A stretch of DNA of 38,478 nt from an uncultured Gammaproteobacteria bacterium (GTDB taxonomy: Bacteria > Patescibacteriota > Microgenomatia > Levybacterales > UBA12049). Where the stretch lies: contig CAZNVI010000003.1 in assembly GCA_964576705.1 (NCBI GenBank), positions 4,141 through 42,618 of the forward strand, written 5' to 3'. A program made the position numbers and the translations under genes. This document shows, piece by piece, positions 8,833-17,284 of this stretch (the stretch's first letter is position 1; every line of letters starts with the position of its first letter). The notes beneath the pieces were generated by a model, which searched no databases, had not been told where the DNA came from, and was given only the letters and a program-made list of their open reading frames with translations.

Positions 8833-8916
8833 CTAATCATACCTAGCAATTATTCGGGCATATGCAGGTTTTTTTGGAGTTAATGCTTCAATAATTCTTC
8901 GGACAATTTCTTTCAT
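8833..8916 (-). CDS. candidate 27-aa small ORF (MKEIVRRIIEALTPKKPAYARIIARYD)
   Basis: It is preceded by GGAGGTGA, the same SD string seen before verified small genes in this window, but with a 12-nt spacing. No homology is recognisable. Confidence 0.3.
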   Translation of the reverse strand: MKEIVRRIIEALTPKKPAYARIIARYD

Positions 8917-9004
8917 AATATACAATCACCTCCTAAGATCGCCCAAAAAAGTATTAAAAATCTCTGCTTCTAATTTGTTTCTAATATTTTCGGGCAGTTA
9001 CAAA

Positions 9005-10075
9005 TCAATTCCAGTATCTCCACGTCGCGTATTTTTCTTTCAGTTGCTTTTCTGTAACATCTACATGTGCCAAACCTAGACTTAAGTTAAACCCCAAATC
9101 TAAAAGCTGTGCTGCCCATAAGTCTCTCTTTATTATTGCCGGCGCACCTAACATAACGACTATTAATTTTTTTCCGGATCTCTCTGCAACTACTGCTGTG
9201 GTACTACCTGCATTACCGGTATTTCCGATTTTAACTCCGGATGCCCCGGGATATACACCTATCAACCCATTCCAATTATTTAGATCAAATCTTTTATGAT
9301 AATTATTCGAGGATAGTAACGCATAATCTTTCTGAACAATATCCCGAATCTCAGGATAATTCTCTAGCGCATAGTGGGTTAATACAGCCAAATCCGAAAC
9401 AGTACTGAAGTGATCCTTATTATCAAATCCCTGCGGATTAGAGAAAGAAGAGTTTTTAAGTCCTATCACGCGAGCCTTTTCATTCATAGCTCTTATAAAT
9501 ACTTCTTCGCCGTATTTCTTATCGATACCTTCTTTTATCACTTCAACCGCATCATTAGCCGACGTTAATAGCGAAGCATGCAATAATTCATTCAGTGTTA
9601 ATTTTTCACCTGGAGTGACACCAATCTTAGTCGGGACCATAATAGATGCTTTATCAGATGTGCTAAAACTTTCAGAAGGATCCGCCAAATCCAAGGCAAC
9701 AACTGAAGTCATAATTTTCGTCAATGATGCGATAGATAATTTCTGGTCAAGATTTTTTGATGCTAACACCCGACCGTTTTGATAATCGACTACGGCATAT
9801 GCCTTTGCTTCTTCAAACTCATCAGAAGCATCAGCTCGCGGGATGAAATTATGCTCTGTTTTAATCTCAAATGTATTCGGAACCATCTCGAGCTTAGGTG
9901 TTACTGTATCAAAAAAAATATCAGGTTCGATTGCTATAGGAAAAATCGGTTTTGGTATCCAAGTTTTCGTATGCTGAAGCGCAACAATAATAAAAACAGC
10001 TAAAAAAGTACCGATGAAGACTTTCAAATGCTTTGAAGAAAATCTGACTAAATCTTTTTTATTAAAATCTAACAT
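9005..10075 (-). CDS. D-alanyl-D-alanine carboxypeptidase (serine peptidase S11, PBP5-like)
   Basis: N-terminal TM. SxxK (ASLTK), SxN (TSAND) and a KTG-like box (VKIGNTG). Confidence 0.8.
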   Translation of the reverse strand: MLDFNKKDLVRFSSKHLKVFIGTFLAVFIIVALQHTKTWIPKPIFPIAIEPDIFFDTVTPKLEMVPNTFEIKTEHNFIPRADASDEFEEAKAYAVVDYQNGRVLASKNLDQKLSIASLTKIMTSVVALDLADPSESFSTSDKASIMVPTKIGVTPGEKLTLNELLHASLLTSANDAVEVIKEGIDKKYGEEVFIRAMNEKARVIGLKNSSFSNPQGFDNKDHFSTVSDLAVLTHYALENYPEIRDIVQKDYALLSSNNYHKRFDLNNWNGLIGVYPGASGVKIGNTGNAGSTTAVVAERSGKKLIVVMLGAPAIIKRDLWAAQLLDLGFNLSLGLAHVDVTEKQLKEKYATWRYWN

Positions 10076-10080
10076 AATAA

Positions 10081-11403
10081 TTAATTAATTTCTGCAAATT
10101 TCATGCGGTTATCGGCCAAGCTTCTGGTTCCGAACTTTTCTCTTAATACGTCCCACAGTTCTGTTTTACCCTCATCAAAACCCAATGCCCACATACCTAC
10201 ACCGGCAAGTTTCTTATTTTTTGCAAAGTCGTACTTTATCCCTAGCGATCTTGAATCATCTAGAAAAATCATTCTCCAGGTATCGGTACTAGGAACGTAA
10301 TACCCAAGCCACCCTACCTGTCCTAATTCATCCCAACCGGTTCGATCGGGTTTTATGGTGTTTTGCGCGATTTGATATGTCTGGGTTAATGGTCTACCCC
10401 GCCAAGATCCGGAAGGTCTGGTTTGTGCTTTAACCCGAGGCTCACCGTAAACTAAATAATTGTATCCATAATATGGAACACCGAGTATAATTTTATCAGC
10501 CGGCATTTGATTTGAAAAATCTTCGACAGCAGTTGATATATCATAGTTATACTTACCTTCTTTATGGCCATATAATGGTGCTGTAGGTGTCGCTATATCG
10601 CTTCCTTTTACAGCAAAGTCGTAAGCCATCATGAATATTCCATCAGCGGAACTTCCTATTGACACTATATCGTAAAGCTTTGCTGCTTTTGCAGATGAAG
10701 CATATACAGAGACTGTAACTTTCGAATTAGGTACCTCTTGATGCATCCTATCAGTCATTTTGGCTACGAAATCGCTAAATCGTTTTCTATAAAACGGGCT
10801 TGGCGTACCTACATATTCAACATCTATATTGATTCCATCAATTCCCCTACTCTTCACTTCAGAAACTGTATCAACTACAGTCTTCTCCATTGCAATATCA
10901 CTCCCTAAAAACGATTCGATGTCTTTATTTTTCATGCAAGTTATCGTAAGAACTACTCTAGTACCATAACTATGTGCCTTTTTAAAAATACTCGTAGCTT
11001 TATCACTTTTAAACACTGCATATCCATAATCAGACCTCTCTAATCCACCATCAGATTTAATCGGAACCCCAAAATATGCAAAGGTAGTTAAGGTGTTGAA
11101 ATCGACAGAGTCCAATTTATTAATTGTCCAGTACGGGGCGAAGCCGAATACTTCGTATCCTGACTTTCTAGGTGTAGAAAGAGGTTTTAAAGAATTTAGG
11201 TTTGCAACCAAGGGGTTTATATAGCTAGAAACCGGTTTATAACTCATAGCTACTATAAAAATTAATGCAATGTAGCCTAAGATAAAAGTAGAAAATATCC
11301 AAGTTCTGTACAGACATGAGACTTTACTGTATTGGTTTCGAAAATTGAAGTAAAAGTTGGTTTTCTTATAACTTATATTTTTATTTTTTGGCATCCCAAA
11401 CAT
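10081..11403 (-). CDS. membrane-anchored glycoside hydrolase family 18 protein
   Basis: GH18 catalytic strand DGINIDVEY (DxxDxDxE with the middle Asp replaced by Asn; catalytic Glu kept). N-terminal TM. Confidence 0.75.
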   Translation of the reverse strand: MFGMPKNKNISYKKTNFYFNFRNQYSKVSCLYRTWIFSTFILGYIALIFIVAMSYKPVSSYINPLVANLNSLKPLSTPRKSGYEVFGFAPYWTINKLDSVDFNTLTTFAYFGVPIKSDGGLERSDYGYAVFKSDKATSIFKKAHSYGTRVVLTITCMKNKDIESFLGSDIAMEKTVVDTVSEVKSRGIDGINIDVEYVGTPSPFYRKRFSDFVAKMTDRMHQEVPNSKVTVSVYASSAKAAKLYDIVSIGSSADGIFMMAYDFAVKGSDIATPTAPLYGHKEGKYNYDISTAVEDFSNQMPADKIILGVPYYGYNYLVYGEPRVKAQTRPSGSWRGRPLTQTYQIAQNTIKPDRTGWDELGQVGWLGYYVPSTDTWRMIFLDDSRSLGIKYDFAKNKKLAGVGMWALGFDEGKTELWDVLREKFGTRSLADNRMKFAEIN

Positions 11404-11459
11404 ACCTTATTTCGTATTGTTGAGTTATCCTATAATATTGATTCCCAACACACCACGGT

Positions 11460-11488
11460 ATAATAAAGGAAACCTTTTATTATGTCAA
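11460..11488 (-). promoter_or_regulatory. putative promoter TTGACA-17-TATTAT for the GH18 gene
   Basis: Minus-strand TTGACA at plus 11483-11488 and TATTAT at plus 11460-11465. Confidence 0.4.
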
Positions 11489-11633
11489 GACCTATATAAA
11501 AAATCAATCATAAGAGGGTAATAAACGTGTAATAAATGAAAAATCTTTATTGTCGAGCTAGGCCTGGAGTATTAAAAATATTTAAGTAATTTATTAATGC
11601 ACGTAACTTCGATGTGATACCTAAGAACCTTCC

Positions 11634-13052
11634 TTAGTAACTTTTTCCAAATTCTTCATATGTAATAAGATCAAGCGTTACTGCTGCGGTCCATGCTTGA
11701 ACACGACAACTTTCCTGCCCGTCAGCATTCTTATATATATCGTACCCTCCGGTTTCGGTTTTGATATATAATTCTATCGGAGACCCAAAGTATTCTATAG
11801 GCTTTAAGGATGCAAACTTAAGCAATCTAGCTTCAGGATAAAAATTAAGATTTATCAAGCCTTCATGAACCATTCCATTAAGCTTAGGCCAAAAACTACC
11901 ATTATGGTATGAGTTTTGGCCAGGAATATATGTCTCTGACTTTGTGCTCATAGTCCGAATACCTGCATCTTTCTCGAACATATCGTCATTAAATGCTCTT
12001 TTGACAATTGATTTTATGTATTCCTTATCAATTATTGTTGAAGCTTTTTTTCCTTTCTTATAAGCAGCCCAGAGAAGGAGTAAGGGATTACCGGTGATAG
12101 TCTTAATTTGGTTTTTCGAACCATCCAAAGCCTGTGCCGCATAATAGTCTTTTCCTTCTTTGAAAATGAACATTTTATTAAATTGTTTCTTTAAGCTTAC
12201 AGCTTGTGACCTCAAAGCAGACGCGAAACGTTTAGTCTTCGCGAAATGGATTTTGGAGTCATTATAAAAATCTGCCCATAAATTTAGAGCTAACCAAGCA
12301 TATCCCTGAACTTCGACTGGAGCTATAGGGTAATCCGGAAATTTCCCCTCTACGTCGAACATAGATTCTTTCGAATCCGTCCAGGACTGGACATATAATC
12401 CGCCATGCTTTCGATCCGAATGCAAATTATATTCCAGTAAAAAATCTTTATCTGAATCTCCGTAAGTAATAATCCAGTTCAAACCCGCTTCGATTGAAGG
12501 TAAAACTGAAAAAAGAAATTCATCATCATTAGTTAACTTCCAGTAGTTATATAACGCTATAAGAGTCAAGGGTGTGGAATCAAGCGAATCATAGTTACGA
12601 AGCTTACCATCAGGGTAGACATACCACGGTTTTTCAAGTTTCAATAACCTCTCGTAGTTATCTGGCCGAAATTCATGTATAAATTTTCCAGGCTCTTCAC
12701 CGCTTTCTATATTAGTCTCTTTTCCCTGCAAAGAGACTAAGGTTTGTAAACCTTTCTTACTTATATCCAGCAGTTTCTCTCTCTCTTTACTTGAATTTAT
12801 TTGACCATCATTACAAACCTTAATGATTTTTAAGATCGTGATAGCACTATCACGACCGAATATGCAACCATATATATCGTCTTTTCCTGATGCATTTATG
12901 CCATGTTCATCAGAAAGATCTAAAATAGATTCATATATAGATTTACGAAAATTTTCTTTTTTATTTTTAGGCAGGATCATAATTATTAAAAACCAGGGGA
13001 CAAAAACTATATATGTATATAGCAAGATAACAAACCTTTTTATAGCTGTCAA
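11634..13052 (-). CDS. amylo-alpha-1,6-glucosidase / glycogen-debranching-enzyme-like (six-hairpin glycosidase) with an N-terminal TM helix
   Basis: GDE_C-like motifs (YGCIFGRDSAITIL, VQSWTDS, YHNGSFWP). N-terminal FVILLYTYIVFVPWFLIIMIL. Confidence 0.7.
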   Translation of the reverse strand: MTAIKRFVILLYTYIVFVPWFLIIMILPKNKKENFRKSIYESILDLSDEHGINASGKDDIYGCIFGRDSAITILKIIKVCNDGQINSSKEREKLLDISKKGLQTLVSLQGKETNIESGEEPGKFIHEFRPDNYERLLKLEKPWYVYPDGKLRNYDSLDSTPLTLIALYNYWKLTNDDEFLFSVLPSIEAGLNWIITYGDSDKDFLLEYNLHSDRKHGGLYVQSWTDSKESMFDVEGKFPDYPIAPVEVQGYAWLALNLWADFYNDSKIHFAKTKRFASALRSQAVSLKKQFNKMFIFKEGKDYYAAQALDGSKNQIKTITGNPLLLLWAAYKKGKKASTIIDKEYIKSIVKRAFNDDMFEKDAGIRTMSTKSETYIPGQNSYHNGSFWPKLNGMVHEGLINLNFYPEARLLKFASLKPIEYFGSPIELYIKTETGGYDIYKNADGQESCRVQAWTAAVTLDLITYEEFGKSY

Positions 13053-13101
13053 GCTGAGCGGGTGATTTGTGTAAGGAATAAGAAAGAAACAGTTCAGTTG
13101 A

Positions 13102-13129
13102 TTGAATTAAATCTTAATGTTGCTATAAT
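13102..13129 (+). promoter_or_regulatory. putative promoter TTGAAT-16-TATAAT with the -10 ending 9 nt before the ATG; near-leaderless
   Basis: TTGAAT 13102-13107, TATAAT 13124-13129, ATG 13139. Confidence 0.35.
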
Positions 13130-13138
13130 AGGTTAGCT

Positions 13139-13810
13139 ATGACTCAGTCTATTTTGGTGGTAGAGGATGATAAAGGACTACAAAAATATTTACGTGAGCT
13201 TCTTTTGGATAATGGGTATGCAGTACAAATAGCCGGAGATGGAATAATAGCTCTGGATCATCTCGCAAAAACTCAACCTGATTTATTAGTTCTAGATCTT
13301 GGGCTACCTAATATGTCCGGAGAAACTGTGTGCCTGGAAGTCAGGAAAAAATATAAAAATCTTCCTGTTATAATTTTGACTGCTCGTGACAGTATAACCG
13401 ATATCGTCCAAGGGCTTAATTTAGGTGCTGACGATTACATAACCAAACCCTTCGTGGCAGATGAATTCTTAGCCCGCATAAAAGCCAGACTCAGACGTCA
13501 AGAAGGAACTGATAAGATTCTCAAAGTCGCTGATCTTGAATTAAATAATAAAACTTTAGAGGTTAGACGCGAAGGAAATTTAATTCAGCTTACTCCGCAA
13601 GAATTTAAATTATTACAATACCTTATGACTAATAAAGGGAGAATTCTCACACGAGAAATGATATTAAACCGGATTTGGCTATATTCTTCTGATGTTGAAA
13701 CAAGGGTGGTTGACGTATATATGGGATACCTTAGAAAAAAAATAGATAATGGCAAAGATAAAAAATTACTGCATTCTATTCGAGGATTTGGATACGTACT
13801 AAAAGAATAA
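13139..13810 (+). CDS. OmpR/PhoB-family response regulator
   Basis: Receiver (VEDD, LLVLDLGLP, KPF) plus winged-helix output (LTPQEFKLLQYLM, VDVYMGYLRKKID, IRGFGY). Confidence 0.9.
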   Translation: MTQSILVVEDDKGLQKYLRELLLDNGYAVQIAGDGIIALDHLAKTQPDLLVLDLGLPNMSGETVCLEVRKKYKNLPVIILTARDSITDIVQGLNLGADDYITKPFVADEFLARIKARLRRQEGTDKILKVADLELNNKTLEVRREGNLIQLTPQEFKLLQYLMTNKGRILTREMILNRIWLYSSDVETRVVDVYMGYLRKKIDNGKDKKLLHSIRGFGYVLKE

Positions 13811-13822
13811 TAATGTTTTTTA

Positions 13823-14983
13823 CTACTTATTTATCTTACTAAGAGGTAATCTTACTTCCACAATCGTACCTTTTTTTACTTTTGATTTTATATTTATCGC
13901 CCCTTTATGTTGCCTTATAATATTGTCCACGAAGAAAAGTCCGAGTCCGAAGCCTTCTTCGCCGCTACCTCCTCTATGATGTCCCTCGAAAATATTTGGC
14001 AGATCCTTTTCATCAATTCCTCTACCAAAATCTTTAATTAGTATCAAAACGTAACTAGATTTGGCAGATAATGTAACTTCTGCGGCTGAGCTAAATGTAG
14101 AATATCTAAGTGCGTTATCGATAAGGTTAAAAAACGCCTGACTGAGTCGCTCACTATCAGCAATTATCTTAGCTTCAGTTTTTAGATAATTCTTAAAAAG
14201 AATAGCCCTGCCTATAAACTTCTGCTCGGCCAAATTTATACTCTCTTTTAAAATTAGGTTAATGTCGCATTCTTGCCAGCGGAATTGCATCTGTCCTGCC
14301 TTAAGCCTGTTAACCTCAAGAATTTCTTTCACAAGATGCATCATTCTTTTGTTTTCTTCATACAAAGCTTCTATCCATTTCTTAGCAGGGTCGTCAGATT
14401 TAGAAAATTTATTATATATCAGCTGTATGTATCCGCTTAATGATGTCAAAGGAGTCCTGAGCTCATGCGCGGCCATTGATATGAACATATCTCGTATTTC
14501 AAGCGCTTTGCTGGTTTCGTTGTAAAGTTGCGCTTTTTTAATTGCTGAGCTTGCCATAGAGCCAAACACTCTTAGAATATCCACTTGACGCTTTGAAAAA
14601 TGTTCTTCTTTTAAAGAAAGTACGGAGAGAACTCCGATTGGCTTATTGTGGTATGAAAGCGGAATAATAATTACCGATTTGATGCCTTTATTCCGGATTG
14701 CTTCGTGCACAGGCGTAGATAAAGAAATGTTAGTAATCAAAAGCTTATTTTTTCTGAACGCTTCTTCTATAGTTCCGCTTTTCTTTATTTTTAGATGTCC
14801 AAAAAAGGCATCGGATGCGTAAACCCTTACTAATTTTCCATTTTCTTCAAGAAGCACAGAGCCATACTCGGCATCTACTAATGAGATGGCCTCTTTTACA
14901 ACCGCTTTGTATGTTTCTTCAGGAGTTAAAGCATCTAAAAGTTTAATACCCGCTTGATTAATTTTTTCCAAAGTCTTCTCCAT
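13823..14983 (-). CDS. cytoplasmic GAF-domain sensor histidine kinase
   Basis: No TM segment. N-terminal GAF-like region, H-box MAAHELRTPL, N-box NLIDNALRYS, G1 DFGRGI and G2 GFGLGL. Confidence 0.9.
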   Translation of the reverse strand: MEKTLEKINQAGIKLLDALTPEETYKAVVKEAISLVDAEYGSVLLEENGKLVRVYASDAFFGHLKIKKSGTIEEAFRKNKLLITNISLSTPVHEAIRNKGIKSVIIIPLSYHNKPIGVLSVLSLKEEHFSKRQVDILRVFGSMASSAIKKAQLYNETSKALEIRDMFISMAAHELRTPLTSLSGYIQLIYNKFSKSDDPAKKWIEALYEENKRMMHLVKEILEVNRLKAGQMQFRWQECDINLILKESINLAEQKFIGRAILFKNYLKTEAKIIADSERLSQAFFNLIDNALRYSTFSSAAEVTLSAKSSYVLILIKDFGRGIDEKDLPNIFEGHHRGGSGEEGFGLGLFFVDNIIRQHKGAINIKSKVKKGTIVEVRLPLSKINK

Positions 14984-15184
14984 AGTTTGAATACAGCACT
15001 TTCCGGAATTATATATTATCCATTAAACCTAACAAAATACAATACTTTTTCGTTTAGAATATTTATTCATATAATTCTCTTACATTTTCATTATCCTTTT
15101 ATCATTCCCTAAATATAACCTAACAATAGGCTACAGCACGAATCAGCAACAAAGCTGGATTAATTTTTCAGCCGTTATAAAACA

Positions 15185-15784
15185 GTGCGGTATAAAAGTC
15201 GTGCTGTGATTTCACCTGCAAATGACTTACAATCAAGTATTTTTTATATTAAAAAAGGGTTTTTAAGAGTTTTCCGCATCTCTGAACAAGGAGAGGAATT
15301 AACCCTAACGATATTAAAACAAAAAGATTTTTTTCCTTTAACCTTCGGAATGACAGGAATGAGTCGCATAAATTCATACTACCTCGAAGCTATAACGCCA
15401 CTTGAGACATGGAAGGTGCATCTTGAACACTTCCATTATTTTATAAAGTCTGAACCCGGTGTATATTCAGAATTAACTAATAAGGTGCTCGTAAGATTTA
15501 ACGACGTTCTTTCCAAAATGGAGTACCTTGTATTTAATAATGCCAAAGTCAAAATCATAGCAACTATAATCTCCTGTGCGAAAAAATTCGGACAAAAAAC
15601 AAACAGTGAAATTATAATAAGTATACCCTTAACCCATAGAGATATAGCAACATTAGTAGGAATTACGCGCGAAACGACTTCGTTGGAAATGAAAAGACTT
15701 GAAAAAAGAGGTTTAATTTCACGGATTGGCAAATTCATAACCGTCAAAAATCTAAATAAGCTTGAAGAAGAAATTATGCTCTAA
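15185..15784 (+). CDS. Crp/Fnr-family transcriptional regulator (short N-terminus, GTG start)
   Basis: cNMP-binding-type barrel (IFYIKKGFLRVFRISEQGEELTL) and C-terminal HTH (HRDIATLVGITRETTSLEMKRLEKRGLI). Confidence 0.8.
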   Translation: MRYKSRAVISPANDLQSSIFYIKKGFLRVFRISEQGEELTLTILKQKDFFPLTFGMTGMSRINSYYLEAITPLETWKVHLEHFHYFIKSEPGVYSELTNKVLVRFNDVLSKMEYLVFNNAKVKIIATIISCAKKFGQKTNSEIIISIPLTHRDIATLVGITRETTSLEMKRLEKRGLISRIGKFITVKNLNKLEEEIML

Positions 15785-15860
15785 ACAGGAGGATCCTCAT
15801 CAATCTCATATACTCTTTAAGATAAGATTGATATAAAATACTTACTCATTACTTCACAAC

Positions 15861-15896
15861 GCCATTCATGCGGATAATCCCGAAATCAATCGGGAC
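15861..15896 (+). repeat. hairpin-containing repeat copy A (GCCATTC...CCCGA-loop-TCGGG)
   Basis: GCCATTCatgcgGATaatCCCGAaatcaATCGGGac. It resembles the reverse complement of 16572-16600. Confidence 0.4.
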
Positions 15897-15930
15897 TACC
15901 CTTTTTATATTATAAAAAGTATTATTCTTT

Positions 15931-16209
15931 TTAGGATTCTTTGGGATCTTTTATCTCTTTCCGGATACCTTCGAGATCTGCTCTCGATTCCTTCATTATT
16001 TCATGAGATTTCTCTGAAACATGTCCCGAAGTCCGATCAGCCCACTTTTTCACCTTCTTGACTGTACTTTTTACCTTAGCCTGATTTTTTTTATCCGTCA
16101 GCGCTACTGCCGTAGCTCCTACTACAGCACCTATCGCGATACCTGCTGCTAAACTACCACCACTTCCGGTAGTTTTACTATCTTTATTTATTCTGTCGTC
16201 ATTTGTCAT
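15931..16209 (-). CDS. YtxH-like small stress protein (TM/Gly-Ala zipper plus charged helix)
   Basis: The start was moved to ATG 16209, with SD AGGAGGTGA 11 nt upstream. GSLAAGIAIGAVVGATAVAL is followed by a Lys-rich coiled region. Confidence 0.55.
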   Translation of the reverse strand: MTNDDRINKDSKTTGSGGSLAAGIAIGAVVGATAVALTDKKNQAKVKSTVKKVKKWADRTSGHVSEKSHEIMKESRADLEGIRKEIKDPKES

Positions 16210-16272
16210 AAAATTTATCACCTCCTTTTTCTTTATCGTAATTTTAATTGAATAGATTTTTTATCTCTACCT

Positions 16273-16524
16273 TTATGTCGTCCGCAGGGCTCTAAACCCA
16301 AACAATAGAACAATTGATCCGGCCACGGCTACTATAAATGATGTGATATCAAAACCTACTACGCCTACACCAAAAATAAAATTTGCTAATAAACCGCCTA
16401 TCAGCGACCCGGCAATTCCCAATAAAATAGCCCCTAACACACCACTTCTGCTCTCCGCTGGATCTATAGCGTTTGCGACAATACCGACTATTAAACCAAA
16501 AAGAATCCAAGACAATATATTCAT
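16273..16524 (-). CDS. GlsB/YeaQ/YmgE-family stress-response membrane protein
   Basis: WILFGLIVGIVANAI...GVLGAILLGIAGSLIGGLLANFIFG is typical of this transglycosylase-associated family. SD GGGAGGTGA. Confidence 0.85.
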   Translation of the reverse strand: MNILSWILFGLIVGIVANAIDPAESRSGVLGAILLGIAGSLIGGLLANFIFGVGVVGFDITSFIVAVAGSIVLLFGFRALRTT

Positions 16525-16571
16525 AAATTTATCACCTCCCGCTTACTACAAATTATTTCTGAATCATGGAT

Positions 16572-16600
16572 GCCCCGATAATATCGGGATCTCGAATGGC
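16572..16600 (-). repeat. hairpin-containing repeat copy B (inverted relative to copy A)
   Basis: Minus strand reads GCCATTCgaGATCCCGAtattATCGGGgc. It lies in the leader of the GlsB-family gene. Confidence 0.4.
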
Positions 16601-16727
16601 AACCCCCATCGGGACAAAATCCGGATGTATTAGTAAATATAATACTAGAGTTTTTCTTTAAGAAATCAAGTAAGATTGGGTAAGGAATGAGAAAGAATAT
16701 CTCGACTTTAGGGACAGAATATATACC

Positions 16728-16758
16728 CTAAACAACGACAGCTGCACCTAAGCAGCTG
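16728..16758 (-). terminator. putative terminator after the KGG-repeat gene
   Basis: 7-bp stem CAGCTGC/GCAGCTG (16739-16745 / 16752-16758) with a 6-nt loop. The minus-strand tail is TCGTTGTTT. Confidence 0.45.
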
Positions 16759-16786
16759 AGGTTGTAGTGTTAGAAATACTAATATA

Positions 16787-16972
16787 TTATACTGACCTTC
16801 GATGCCTTGCGCGCCCGCCTTTTCTACCCGCAGCCCTTGCCTCTTCGGATGTCCATTTATGAGCTGTTCCTTTTTTATGAGCGGTTTTTCCGCCTTTACT
16901 AGCTATCATTCTTTGCTTATCTTTATTCATGGAAGCAAATCCACGTGCACTTTTTAATTTTCTGTTAGCCAT
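16787..16972 (-). CDS. KGG-repeat general stress protein (YciG/GsiB-like)
   Basis: SKGGKTAHKKGTAHKWTSEEARAAGRKGG repeats. The internal ATG 16972 was chosen because GGGAGGTGGA lies 10 nt upstream; the ORF-track start is 17026. Confidence 0.75.
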   Translation of the reverse strand: MANRKLKSARGFASMNKDKQRMIASKGGKTAHKKGTAHKWTSEEARAAGRKGGRARHRRSV

Positions 16973-17284
16973 ATTAAATCCACCTCCCTTCGATTCAGAG
17001 GCCCTCCGGGCCGGCGGCCTCGTCATTATTAATGTATATGCGAGTTTAACCAGTTGTCCTTTAGGCTTGACGCTATTTAATTGTTAATTCTTTGATAAAT
17101 TCAAAACACATTTTTAGAATATATACGTAGCTTACATCTCAACTTTAAGAGTTTCACCAATAACCTGTAAGGAATTAGAAAGAATTGTGGAGTTTTGCTG
17201 AATGAATCGTAACTAAGAGTTTTTCCTACCATCTTTAACTATAAAGTTAAATAATAGATTTTCAGGATAATAACATATACCAGT

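Noticed and set aside
15075-15211. Possible frameshifted N-terminus of the Crp/Fnr gene, which is about 25 aa shorter than typical family members.
   Set aside because: The upstream alternative frame (…INFSAVIKQCGIKVVL*) has no start codon and no convincing family similarity. A GTG start at 15185 is the simplest reading.
15788-15919. Palindromes GAGGATCCTC (15788-15797) and CTTTTTATA-T-TATAAAAAG (15901-15919) as terminators or operators between the Crp gene and the ytxH-like gene.
   Set aside because: The first cannot form a loop. The second is pure A/T with a 1-nt centre. Either could arise by chance in AT-rich DNA. Only the CCCGA/TCGGG hairpin nearby is reported.
16973-17026. N-terminal extension of the KGG-repeat ORF (MTRPPARRASESKGGGFN) given by the ORF track.
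   Set aside because: There is no SD before 17026, whereas the internal ATG has GGGAGGTGGA at the window-typical 10-nt spacing. The extension coincides with a GC-rich hairpin. It is kept as an alternative in the findings.
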